A stretch of 64,000 nucleotides of DNA. It comes from a virus. Lineage: Duplodnaviria; Caudoviricetes. Shown one piece after another: positions 46,308 through 54,427 of this stretch (position 1 is the stretch's first letter; each line of letters starts with the position of its first letter). The stretch spans positions 29,444 to 93,443 of IMG/VR virus record IMGVR_UViG_2687453538_000001. One strand, given 5' to 3'. The notes under the pieces were generated by a model. It saw only the letters and a list, made by a program, of their open reading frames with translations, searched no databases and was not told where the DNA came from. The position numbers and the translations under genes were made by a program.

Positions 46308-46709
46308 TTACTCCTTGCTGTAGGCGGCTGGCAGATCCGGCACGAGCCAGCCTTCTTCGGTCAGCACGGCTTGCTGGCGCTGGGCAGTGACTGGCGCCTT
46401 CTCGGTGCTGGGCTGGGGCTTGGCTTCTGGCGCTGGGTCGGGGGTTGGGTCGGCAGGCTTGGTGAAGGGCTCGCCACCAGCGTTCAGACGTTCGGCCTCG
46501 GCCTGTGCGGCTTCCTTGGCTCCTTCGCCAGTGGCCACGAAGTCGCTGAACCAGTCGTTGGCGGTGGCTGACCAGATGCGCTGGCGCCCGCCGCCATTGT
46601 GCTTGGCGGTGTACTCCGGCTCCTTGGCCTCGATGGTGGTCTGCTCGGTGCTGGGCTGGGTCAGCGGCTGGCCAGGCGTCTGCACCTGGAGATTGTCGGG
46701 GGCTGGCAT
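46308..46709 (-). CDS. Hypothetical protein
   Basis: GAGG RBS; first gene after a palindrome copy. Confidence 0.65.
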   Translation of the reverse strand: MPAPDNLQVQTPGQPLTQPSTEQTTIEAKEPEYTAKHNGGGRQRIWSATANDWFSDFVATGEGAKEAAQAEAERLNAGGEPFTKPADPTPDPAPEAKPQPSTEKAPVTAQRQQAVLTEEGWLVPDLPAAYSKE

Positions 46710-46764
46710 GGGTGGGGCCTCGGGGATTGGTATCAGTGAGGCCCCAGCATCATGGGGGGAAGGC

Positions 46765-46778
46765 GTCGGGTTCCCGAC
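46765..46778 (-). promoter_or_regulatory. Late-promoter palindrome copy, upstream of head operon
   Basis: GTCGGGTTCCCGAC. Confidence 0.72.
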
Positions 46779-47227
46779 TATTTCGACAATGGGCAGGCGG
46801 CTTTGACTGTATCGATCAGCGCGTTGAGCTGCCTGATGGCGTCGTCTCCGTCTGGTCCGACGGAGATAATTCGTTCAGCAGCCGCTGGGTCAAGTTCGGC
46901 TCGCGCTTCTGGAGCATCCACGCCGGGATTGGCAGGGGCTCGCAGTGCGCAGTTGGTGGCGAGGACTGACAGCCGACGCTTGCCAGAAGCGATATCAACA
47001 CGAAGGCCTGCATTGATCTTGTTCGCACGCTCTCTCTCCTGGGTGTGCTGGGTGTCGAGCTGGGCCAGCAGTTTGATGGTGTTCTTGCGGCTCTTCTCAG
47101 AAGCCACCAATTCTTCGTTTTGGCGCGTTTTCTCTCGAAGCGCAGCCTTGGTATGGTCGAGCGCCCAAAACGCTCCCAGCGAAGCGACAAGAAGCGCAGC
47201 GATGATCGCCAGCAGGTACTTGGTCAT
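46778..47227 (-). CDS. Rz: i-spanin
   Basis: N-terminal TM, coiled coil, GKRRLSVLATNC. Confidence 0.85.
   Translation of the reverse strand: MTKYLLAIIAALLVASLGAFWALDHTKAALREKTRQNEELVASEKSRKNTIKLLAQLDTQHTQERERANKINAGLRVDIASGKRRLSVLATNCALRAPANPGVDAPEARAELDPAAAERIISVGPDGDDAIRQLNALIDTVKAACPLSK
46816..47013 (-). CDS. Rz1: o-spanin lipoprotein embedded in Rz
   Basis: Lipobox LLASVGC, Pro-rich, alternate frame inside Rz. Confidence 0.75.
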   Translation of the reverse strand: MQAFVLISLLASVGCQSSPPTAHCEPLPIPAWMLQKREPNLTQRLLNELSPSDQTETTPSGSSTR

Positions 47228-47736
47228 CGTTGAGCCTCGATGCACTTGGCGTGACGCTCAAGCTGCCTTGTCCAAACCCCAGCACAACGCCTGTTGCCTG
47301 GCGTGCTGCAGTCGAAGCCAGCGGCGAAGCGGTACTTGAGCAGGTCGTGGCATGCCTGCGGGTAGTCACGGGCCAGCAGGTCACGGCGCATCGAGCTGGC
47401 ACGCCAGGTGCCCATGCCGTACTGGCCGACGAAGTCCATGTAGAGATCGAACTCTTCCTGGTGCAACTTCACGCCCGGAAGGCTGGCGGCAAACTCGCGC
47501 TCGGCCTGGCTGTTGAGGGCGCGGGCCAGCACTTCGGCGCGCTCGCGGGTGATCGTGTCGCCCATGCGGACGCGGGTGCCGTCTTCCCAGCGTGTCGAGC
47601 CATGACCGATGGTGGGCACGTCGCCCTTGGTGGGGATGACGGCCACGTCGGTGAAGCCCTCATGCGCCTGCCATGCTGCGAAGCCTGCAGCGCTCATGGT
47701 CAGCAGGGTCACCGCTACCCGCTGCCGGGCGCTCAT
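47224..47736 (-). CDS. GH24 lysozyme endolysin, probably SAR-type
   Basis: Weakly hydrophobic N-terminus, then HEG...GDVPTIGHGST. Confidence 0.88.
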   Translation of the reverse strand: MSARQRVAVTLLTMSAAGFAAWQAHEGFTDVAVIPTKGDVPTIGHGSTRWEDGTRVRMGDTITRERAEVLARALNSQAEREFAASLPGVKLHQEEFDLYMDFVGQYGMGTWRASSMRRDLLARDYPQACHDLLKYRFAAGFDCSTPGNRRCAGVWTRQLERHAKCIEAQR

Positions 47737-47978
47737 CGCTTGCACTGCTCGATCAATGCCGCGATCCGGGCATCACTCTCCCGCGACTCGCGCCTGTCCT
47801 TGCGGATCTGGAACCAGGTGTTGACGGCGAAGCCCAGGGCAGCCAGGACAACGCCGATGATGCCGATCCAGTTGGCCTGGGACAGGAAACCGGTGAGCCC
47901 CGCTCCCGCACCTGCCCACATGCCCTTGGTCGCCACCGAGGCGCCGACTGCTTCTACGATGCCTTCCGGTTTGGACAT
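47733..47978 (-). CDS. Holin
   Basis: Two hydrophobic segments and a charged C-terminus; upstream of the endolysin. Confidence 0.8.
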   Translation of the reverse strand: MSKPEGIVEAVGASVATKGMWAGAGAGLTGFLSQANWIGIIGVVLAALGFAVNTWFQIRKDRRESRESDARIAALIEQCKR

Positions 47979-48055
47979 GGCTGAACTCCCGCTGAAAAAG
48001 AAAACCCCGCTCGGTGGCGGGGCATCGATGACACGCAGGGTCGGTGCATGGGGGT

Positions 48056-48069
48056 GTCGGGTTCCTGAC
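48056..48069 (-). promoter_or_regulatory. Late-promoter palindrome copy, upstream of lysis cassette
   Basis: GTCGGGTTCCTGAC. Confidence 0.7.
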
Positions 48070-48239
48070 TATTTCGCGAGCCAGTGGTACGCCACCATGC
48101 TGATTCCACCAAGCCCCAGCATGACCAGACCAATGCCGTGGGCGATGACTATGTGCCGGTACAAGCGTGTCACGTTGCGGATATAGCGCTGACGTTGATC
48201 TGGCGTCATACGGTGGAACACTCGCGGATTGCATCCCAT
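48069..48239 (-). CDS. Small membrane protein
   Basis: 56 aa with a C-terminal TM. Confidence 0.45.
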   Translation of the reverse strand: MGCNPRVFHRMTPDQRQRYIRNVTRLYRHIVIAHGIGLVMLGLGGISMVAYHWLAK

Positions 48240-48249
48240 GGTTCTGCCC

Positions 48250-48588
48250 TCAAGGCTTGAAGTGATAGTCCCACGCCGAGCACATCGGCAGCTTCTCCCG
48301 GCCTTCGCCGGTGATCTTGCACCACAGCAGCACCAGGCGTTCGCCCTCGCTGTAACGTGGCTCGGCGCCCTGCCGCCACCCGATCAGGGTTGTGCGGGCA
48401 ACACCGATCTCGTCCGCTGCACCCTGGATCGAATACCCGGAGCGCAGCACGGCTGTAATCACACGGAACCAGTCGATGCGCTTGGGCCCAGGACGGGACG
48501 GCGGCGGCATCACAGGCACGAACGCACGAACCGCCACGGGTGGCGGCTCTGCGAACAGGGCGAGCTGATCAGGCACTGGCGGCTTCAT
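48250..48588 (-). CDS. HTH protein, candidate late activator
   Basis: YSIQGAADEIGVARTTLIGWRQGAEP. Confidence 0.75.
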   Translation of the reverse strand: MKPPVPDQLALFAEPPPVAVRAFVPVMPPPSRPGPKRIDWFRVITAVLRSGYSIQGAADEIGVARTTLIGWRQGAEPRYSEGERLVLLWCKITGEGREKLPMCSAWDYHFKP

Positions 48589-48784
48589 CGTGCTTGCCTG
48601 GCTCACCGCCCAGGGCCTCCAGTGCCAGTTCGGCGAAACGCAGGGAGAGCTTGTTGAGCGCCGCCCCGGTTTCGTTCTGCCCTTCGGAAAAAGCGCGGAT
48701 GGCGTAATCGCTTGCGGTACCAGCAGCAATGGCGCAGGTGCTGGCGGTGGTCAGCTCGATTGATGGGAATGGCTTCGTGGTCAT
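48569..48784 (-). CDS. Hypothetical protein
   Basis: GGAG RBS before MTTKPF; frame is open further upstream. Confidence 0.5.
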   Translation of the reverse strand: MTTKPFPSIELTTASTCAIAAGTASDYAIRAFSEGQNETGAALNKLSLRFAELALEALGGEPGKHDEAASA

Positions 48785-49053
48785 GGCTGCTGCTCCTGGA
48801 TTGCTTTGGCGATTGGGTTTTTTTTCGAACCAGTCCTCGGGGAGTGCACTTGCCCAGGACCCGGTGAAGAATTCTTCGACATAGGCCCGCTGCAGATCGG
48901 CGTGCCACTTCTTGACCCAGGCGGGCGGCTCGGACGAGTCACTTCCGTACATGGCCGTCATGGCGCCTACCTGCTCAGAAGGGCCTTCGACTACGACTTC
49001 GAAGCCCATGATCCTGATGCGCAACCGTTGAATGGCTTCAGTGGTAAGGCACT

Positions 49054-49308
49054 TCACTGGCCACCCCCAAACGCGCACGCGCGCGATGCTGGGTGAACTG
49101 GCGCACTCAACCTCCCCATGACTTCGCTCATTTCAGCGATGACCGCCATGAAGCAGCCGCGTGGATCGCGCATGTTGTCGATCTGGAGCGGGTGAATGCT
49201 CTGGCGGTAGCCCATCAGGCCCTCGCCTATGACCTGGTCGGCGCAAATGACGATCACGCCGTCTACGCCAACTTCGCGGCAGTGCCACATTGGCTTTGTG
49301 CTCACCAT
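49054..49308 (-). CDS. Hypothetical protein
   Basis: GGAGG RBS. Confidence 0.55.
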   Translation of the reverse strand: MVSTKPMWHCREVGVDGVIVICADQVIGEGLMGYRQSIHPLQIDNMRDPRGCFMAVIAEMSEVMGRLSAPVHPASRACAFGGGQ

Positions 49309-49393
49309 GGGAAACCTCCAGTGCGAATCAGGTAATTCACGGCCAGCATGACGATGGTGCCGAGAGCGGCGCCGGCCAGGATGAGGGTGGTGT

Positions 49394-49837
49394 TCATGCG
49401 GCCTCCTGTGGGCGCGGGGTGATCTTCACGTGCACGCCAGGCGTTTCGCCGTAGCGCTTGCGCACGATTGCGTCGACGACCTGGACGTCGTCCCTCCAGA
49501 CGATGCCGTTGAGGCCGTCGAAGATGGCTTTGACGACGTTGTCCATGTCGGGCTTCTTCGCCGGAAAGATCTCGCCGGCCAGGGCCTGGGCTTTGAACTT
49601 CTTGGTTTTCGAGGCCGGGACCGGCAGCACGATGCGCATCTCGACCATGACGGGACACTCGATCGGCGGACGGCCTGCCATGGCGCGATCACCGACAACG
49701 GCGATCAGCCCCTCATAGCTGGCGGTCTTCTTGGGCGTGAACATGCGTGCGTGGCCACCGATGGTGCTGACGCGCGGGCGGCCCTTGCCTACGGGATCGC
49801 CTGGGACAACGAACTGGACTGGCTGAACGTCATTCAT
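49394..49837 (-). CDS. rusA: RusA Holliday junction resolvase
   Basis: PVGKGRPR, KPDMDNVVKAIFDGLNGIVWRDDVQV. Confidence 0.92.
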   Translation of the reverse strand: MNDVQPVQFVVPGDPVGKGRPRVSTIGGHARMFTPKKTASYEGLIAVVGDRAMAGRPPIECPVMVEMRIVLPVPASKTKKFKAQALAGEIFPAKKPDMDNVVKAIFDGLNGIVWRDDVQVVDAIVRKRYGETPGVHVKITPRPQEAA

Positions 49838-50021
49838 CGCTTTGCACCCCGTTCTTGCCCAGTACCAGGTCGTCGGCCAGTTGGTTAAGGCGCTGATCCT
49901 CAGCGCGCTTGAGCTCTTCGTCCTGGCGCTTGCCGATGCAGTGGCGGCAGATGTGCCCTATCAGGCGCCCCAATGGATACCTGTCGCCGCAGCTCACGCA
50001 GTTGGTCATCACGGTCATCAC
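49830..50021 (-). CDS. Small Zn-finger protein
   Basis: CVSC...CRHC; overlaps neighbours. Confidence 0.55.
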   Translation of the reverse strand: MMTVMTNCVSCGDRYPLGRLIGHICRHCIGKRQDEELKRAEDQRLNQLADDLVLGKNGVQSDE

Positions 50022-50311
50022 TCGGCCTCCCCTGCGATCACCCGATACATGGTTTCCGCGTAGCAGCGCCGGCAGGTGTTCCCCATCATCGCGTCAAGGC
50101 GGTGTACCTGACCGCACTCGGCACAGGTCACAGGGGTGCTGGCTGGTCGCTCTGCCCAGGTCCTGAACCCTGCGGCCTGGCGCGCTTTCGAGCACTTGTC
50201 ATGCTTGCCCTTGTTGCGAGGCGTGCCGCACACGTCGCAGATGACGCTCATGACCCTGACCTGCGGATCTACGCCGCGCGGTGCCCGCGTCTGTGGTTGA
50301 TACTCACGCAT
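50018..50311 (-). CDS. Zn-finger hypothetical protein
   Basis: CDVC..H..C, CAEC, CRRC. Confidence 0.65.
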   Translation of the reverse strand: MREYQPQTRAPRGVDPQVRVMSVICDVCGTPRNKGKHDKCSKARQAAGFRTWAERPASTPVTCAECGQVHRLDAMMGNTCRRCYAETMYRVIAGEAE

Positions 50312-51059
50312 GGCTGTCTCTCCGAATGCCGAGCTTGGCCAGCAGCAGCGCTCTTGCCTGCTGGCCGTCCGTGGGGATGTTCTGTGCCGCGATCAGGTCG
50401 CGTGCTTCCTGATGGGAGCGAGCCAGTTGGGCCTTCATGCCGCTGTCGTGCTCGATCCCGCGGTTGATCTTCCCGTCGAGGGGCTGGGCGTTCTCGGCCC
50501 GGCGCAGCACGATTGCGTAGTTGCGCTCGAACTGCTGGCGCAGCGGCTTGTCGGTGGACTTGGCCTGGCGCAGCTCGAAGGTTCCGGTTTGCTCGGCGGC
50601 GATGCGCACAGCCTCGTGGCTGTACTTGCCGAGCAGGGCTTCGTGCCAGGCGCGGTCGGTATCGGGGAAACCCTGGAGCTTTGTGCACAGGCCACGGAAG
50701 ACGTTGGCAGCTGGTGGCCACTCGAATTCGGCTGCCCGGTTGACCAGCTCCTGCAGGCCGTTGGCGAGCTGCTGGCCAGTGAGGCCGCCCAGGATCTTGG
50801 CCCAGCTGTGGTCCTGGTCAGCTGATACGCCGAAATTCGACGTCCAGCGGTGGCCGTACATCTCCGACATTTTCAGCCACAGCTTGTCCAGCAGCACTTG
50901 CGGCAGCTTGTTCTCGCTGCTGTCGCTCAGCGATTGCGGCCCTGACGAGGCCGGGTGCCGAACGATCTTCGCGCTGGTATCCACCGCCTTTCCCAGTAGG
51001 TCCTTGACCCCGGGTGCGGTGCTGATTGGCTTCTGCTTTGGCAGGTCCTTGTGATCCAT
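50304..51059 (-). CDS. Replication protein P-like
   Basis: MYGHRWTSNFG...WPP...FRGLC; start uncertain. Confidence 0.7.
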   Translation of the reverse strand: MDHKDLPKQKPISTAPGVKDLLGKAVDTSAKIVRHPASSGPQSLSDSSENKLPQVLLDKLWLKMSEMYGHRWTSNFGVSADQDHSWAKILGGLTGQQLANGLQELVNRAAEFEWPPAANVFRGLCTKLQGFPDTDRAWHEALLGKYSHEAVRIAAEQTGTFELRQAKSTDKPLRQQFERNYAIVLRRAENAQPLDGKINRGIEHDSGMKAQLARSHQEARDLIAAQNIPTDGQQARALLLAKLGIRRDSHA

Positions 51060-51795
51060 GGGTGTACCCCCCGGCTTGCGCCTGGCGTATGTGGTGTTTC
51101 AGGGACTGGGCGAGTTGGTGCTCCCACTGGGCCTGCGACTGCTCCTTGTCGGGGCGTGCGATCCAGTACGAGCGGAATTCGTTGAGGGTGTCTTCGGGGA
51201 CGGCTTTGGGGATGGCGTTGCGCAGCGCGGTGGCGTTCCAGGTCTTGGCCTGTGGCTGCCAGCCGTCATGCATCGCGAAGTAGCCGCGCGCGGTGAGAGT
51301 AGTAGGGCTTTTACCGGATTCCGGAAGTAGGTTGCTGCTCGGCGAGTAATGTGGTTGAAGCTCTGGTTGCTGCTCGTCTTCGGAATTTGTCCGGACGGCG
51401 GATTCCGTGGCTTGCGGGGTGCCTTGATCTGGTTGTAGCTCTGGTTGCGCGGTTGGTTGTAGCTCGGTTGTAGCTGTTTTGGACGGAGCATCACTGCGAG
51501 CGTGCGGGAACTGGTACACCATGACGCCCAGGGTCACCAGCAACCCCAGCTTTTCCAGCCTGCGCATGGCTGATCGGTATGTCTCGCGGGTGATCGGCTT
51601 TTGCTTTGGGCGGCCTGGAATGGGGTCAACGGTGAACCCCTCGCGCAGCACCAACTCATTCAGCAGGGTCTTGCGCCCTGCTATGCCCGTCGAGAAGTCC
51701 ATACGGCGCTTGAGGGCACAGTATAACTTGAGCAGCTCTGCAGGCTCACCGGCCAGCAGATCCCACTCGGATTGATCAAGACGGATGGCAATCAT
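50818..51795 (-). CDS. Replication initiator with DnaT-like C-terminal domain
   Basis: FAMHDGWQP...EFRSYW...QWEHQLAQ; internal iterons. Confidence 0.78.
   Translation of the reverse strand: MIAIRLDQSEWDLLAGEPAELLKLYCALKRRMDFSTGIAGRKTLLNELVLREGFTVDPIPGRPKQKPITRETYRSAMRRLEKLGLLVTLGVMVYQFPHARSDAPSKTATTELQPTAQPELQPDQGTPQATESAVRTNSEDEQQPELQPHYSPSSNLLPESGKSPTTLTARGYFAMHDGWQPQAKTWNATALRNAIPKAVPEDTLNEFRSYWIARPDKEQSQAQWEHQLAQSLKHHIRQAQAGGYTHGSQGPAKAEANQHRTRGQGPTGKGGGYQREDRSAPGLVRAAIAERQQREQAAASAAGQAVAENVGDVRPPLDVEFRRIS
51330..51478. repeat. Iteron cluster (replication origin)
   Basis: About six GGTTG(T/C/A)(A/T)GCT(C) units. Confidence 0.7.
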
Positions 51796-51797
51796 GG

Positions 51798-52109
51798 TCA
51801 GTCCCAGCCCAGCGGGCCAGGCCGCTTGCGTTCGGCCTTCAACCCGATCCGCGCCATGGTTTCCAGGGCGGACAGGTAATCGGCAGTGACGACAACGGCG
51901 GTCTGCGGCACAACGCGCAGGCCCAGCAGCGTCAGGACCTGGGCCCAGCGCTGGTACTCACCGTCGTTCCAGCGCGACACGGTCGATTCGCTGCAACCGG
52001 TTTCCAGGGCAATGGCCTTTTGGCTGGTGCGTGCAAGCCGCTGCAAGATCAGCGTCTCGATCTCGCGGGCTATGTCAGCCGGGTCGGCGTCTAATTCAGT
52101 CGTCGACAT
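51798..52109 (-). CDS. CII-like regulator
   Basis: SQKAIALETGCSESTVSRW...LGLRVVP. Confidence 0.8.
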   Translation of the reverse strand: MSTTELDADPADIAREIETLILQRLARTSQKAIALETGCSESTVSRWNDGEYQRWAQVLTLLGLRVVPQTAVVVTADYLSALETMARIGLKAERKRPGPLGWD

Positions 52110-52111
52110 GA

Positions 52112-52333
52112 TCAGGCCGCCGCCCCGTTCCACGGGAACGCAGGACACAGGTCTTCACGCTTCACCTGACCTTCCGTCAGGTTGTCGATCTGGATGGCGC
52201 GAGCTGGTGGGATCGGGCGAACGCCAGAGCACCACTGGTTCACGGTTGGTGGGCGGACATCAAGCAGCTTGGCCATTTTGGCCTTGTTGCCCAGGATGCC
52301 GGCTGCCTTGGTGGCGGCCTCTGCAGGGGTCAT
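52112..52333 (-). CDS. cro: Cro-like (YdaS-type) regulator
   Basis: MAKLLDVRPPTVNQW...EDLCP; divergent from the repressor. Confidence 0.85.
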   Translation of the reverse strand: MTPAEAATKAAGILGNKAKMAKLLDVRPPTVNQWCSGVRPIPPARAIQIDNLTEGQVKREDLCPAFPWNGAAA

Positions 52334-52367
52334 GGCGAGGGTTCTCCGTTGAGTGACGGAGAAAAAA

Positions 52368-52440
52368 TAAGGCATTGGCTAATTTAAAGCAAGCCATTGC
52401 CTACTCATAGGATCAGAGAGCCTAATTAGGCAATGCTTAC
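52368..52440. promoter_or_regulatory. OR operators of prophage 2
   Basis: AAGGCATTGGCTA, AAGCCATTGCCTA, TAGGCAATGCTTA. Confidence 0.78.
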
Positions 52441-53041
52441 AGGTAAAGAATTGGGTGAAGCGATCGAGGCAGCTCGCATCGCTAAAGGCGTTTCGAAAAA
52501 GAAACTCGCGGATGACTTCGGCGTGGCGCCTCCGTCTGTCCAGGGCTGGGTGAAATACGGGCGTATTGATAAGGGAAAGCTGTTTCAGCTGATTGAGTAC
52601 TTCAAGGACGATGTGAAGCCTACGCACTGGGGAATCAGTGCTGACCAGGCCAAGCTGGTATCCGGCGGGGATTCATGGGTGATGCCCATCCTTGCGGAAA
52701 CCAAAGTGATAGCAGGTGGTGCCGCACGGAGCTTTCGCATCAAGGAAGCCGGCGGAATGAATGCGCTCATCAAGGACATTGTCACGAAGGCAAGCTTCAC
52801 TGCAGTCCTCAAAGGGGTTGCCGACGAGTTACCGGGGCTGGACCGCGATTCTGCTGCCGAGCTGGCGGAAACCTTCATGGGCTTTCAGCAACACCCGGAG
52901 AAAGTCTTGACCCTGTTTGTCGCCATCGCCGAGGCCGCGTCAGTCGGCGCGCTGGATACCGATGAACTGGACGCCTTCATCACGCTGATTCGCAAGCGCA
53001 GGAATGAGAAAGTCCACGGAAGCGTTCCAGCAAAGGGGTAG
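52433..53041 (+). CDS. Prophage 2 repressor (HTH, no S24 peptidase domain)
   Basis: VSKKKLADDFGVAPPSVQGW HTH; helical C-terminus. Confidence 0.8.
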   Translation: MLTGKELGEAIEAARIAKGVSKKKLADDFGVAPPSVQGWVKYGRIDKGKLFQLIEYFKDDVKPTHWGISADQAKLVSGGDSWVMPILAETKVIAGGAARSFRIKEAGGMNALIKDIVTKASFTAVLKGVADELPGLDRDSAAELAETFMGFQQHPEKVLTLFVAIAEAASVGALDTDELDAFITLIRKRRNEKVHGSVPAKG

Positions 53042-53043
53042 GT

Positions 53044-53517
53044 ATGGGGATCTTCACAAGGATGTTTCATGCATGGGCTCTGAAGACTCAACGCAAAGAG
53101 ATGAGTGCGTTTGTGGATCAGTTGGCGGGCATGGACGGCAAGGAGATTGGTTTCTTGGTTGCCGTGGCGACACATCAGAGAAACGTCCTCGAGGAGGACG
53201 GCTTCCGGCTCATGGACCCTCTAGTGGACTATCCAATGAACCCAACCGTAGCCCTGCGTCTTGGCGGGATTATCAGGGAGTATCAAAAAGCGAAGCAGCC
53301 AAGCGATGCTGCCGGAACCATGATTTGGCTTCACACCATGAGGGTTGGAGGTCGCCATGAGTTACGCCCATTGGCCAGAGAAATGTGGCGCCAGCTTAGT
53401 CGTGGATTCCCCTACGTCGAAGAATCGGCTTTCGAAATCATGCGGCTTACGCTCAAGCTGCCGAAAACGTCTGGATATGACCGGTTCCCAGCTGGATTGA
53501 CTCCAGACCCACTTTAG
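53044..53517 (+). CDS. Hypothetical immunity-region protein
   Basis: 157 aa, 2 bp after the repressor stop. Confidence 0.75.
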   Translation: MGIFTRMFHAWALKTQRKEMSAFVDQLAGMDGKEIGFLVAVATHQRNVLEEDGFRLMDPLVDYPMNPTVALRLGGIIREYQKAKQPSDAAGTMIWLHTMRVGGRHELRPLAREMWRQLSRGFPYVEESAFEIMRLTLKLPKTSGYDRFPAGLTPDPL

Positions 53518-53541
53518 CGGACACCTCTCTCTACCTGAATC

Positions 53542-53565
53542 AGCCCGCCCCGAGCGGGCTTTTTT
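53542..53565 (+). terminator. Intrinsic terminator
   Basis: AGCCCGC-CCCGA-GCGGGCTTTTTT. Confidence 0.85.
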
Positions 53566-53583
53566 GTGTCTGCACGAAAAAAG

Positions 53584-53626
53584 TTAGGCATTACCTATTT
53601 ACAACGATTAGGCATTGGCTTACTTT
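53584..53626 (+). promoter_or_regulatory. PL promoter with two OL operators
   Basis: TTTACA-17-TACTTT overlapped by TAGGCATTACCTA and TAGGCATTGGCTT. Confidence 0.78.
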
Positions 53627-53994
53627 TGCCACATCCGGACCAGCACACCGCCCCGGATGGCAGCGAGCCGGAGCCGATCCGGTACAGGGGAAGCCTCACC
53701 CCGGGTGCGCAGCGTCGAGCACCGCATAAACGAGAGCCGACAGCATGCAGAGCGTGGTCGGCTGTTGGGCCTCAAGGGCCCCCGAACAAGGAATCGCCCA
53801 GTCCACCGTGGCGTGTAACGGAGACCAGCAAGAGAGGATCTAGCGCAAGCCATACAGAAAGTGCCGGTTCGATTCCGGCTCGTTGGCCGAGGCTTGGTAG
53901 GAAGTGATGCGGTTCGATTCCGTGAAAGGGGCTTGGAGTCCAAAAGGCCCGTGGTGGCGCACGCTAAAACGCCCCTATGCCCTGCCCCGCAGGC

Positions 53995-54147
53995 TGCATC
54001 GGAGTGTGATCTGAATGCGCAGGCTGATGCGCAGCGATGCAGGCTCATAAGCGCGGCGCCGGCGGGCGAAAGCTGACCGGCTCGGTAGAACCTGACACTT
54101 CTCACGCAAGCCGGAGATCAGCACCGGCCAGATCACACCCCGATGCA
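53995..54147 (+). ncRNA. Candidate structured RNA (long closing stem, multi-arm, loop-loop pairing)
   Basis: 18/19-bp closing stem; loops GCTGAT and ATCAGC are complementary. Confidence 0.55.
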
Positions 54148-54172
54148 TCCCGCCTAAATCGAGGTAACCACC

Positions 54173-54427
54173 ATGTTCAATCCAACCGCGCAGAAGGTGT
54201 TCGACGAGAACATCGAGCGAGCGCTTGCTGTGCCACCGGGTGAGCTGGTGGCGGCTTCCGAAACTGAACTGAGCTACGTGGCCGGCATGGCCGCGTATGC
54301 CTTGGCCTGCGGCGATATCACTGCCGAGCAGCGCGACCTGATCACCATGCGCATCGACATGGCCCGCTTTCGCTTGCTCGCTCAAGCGTGCCGCACCCAT
54401 CGACTCGCCTTGGCTGCACTGCCATGA
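54173..54427 (+). CDS. Hypothetical protein
   Basis: GAGG RBS; first ORF of the early-left operon. Confidence 0.7.
   Translation: MFNPTAQKVFDENIERALAVPPGELVAASETELSYVAGMAAYALACGDITAEQRDLITMRIDMARFRLLAQACRTHRLALAALP

Noticed and set aside
26519-48000. Diversity-generating retroelement, as in BPP-1-like podoviruses
   Set aside because: No reverse transcriptase and no TR/VR repeat pair seen
48820-48830. Programmed frameshift or phase variation at a T8 run
   Set aside because: A single homopolymer in an open frame; no supporting structure and not testable from this sequence
54020-54075. Hammerhead ribozyme (CTGATG...GAAA)
   Set aside because: The core reads CTGATGC rather than CTGANGA, and the stems do not fit the hammerhead arrangement
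53566-54105. ORFs called in the prophage 2 PL leader
   Set aside because: They overlap operators and RNA stems, lack RBS and have non-protein-like composition
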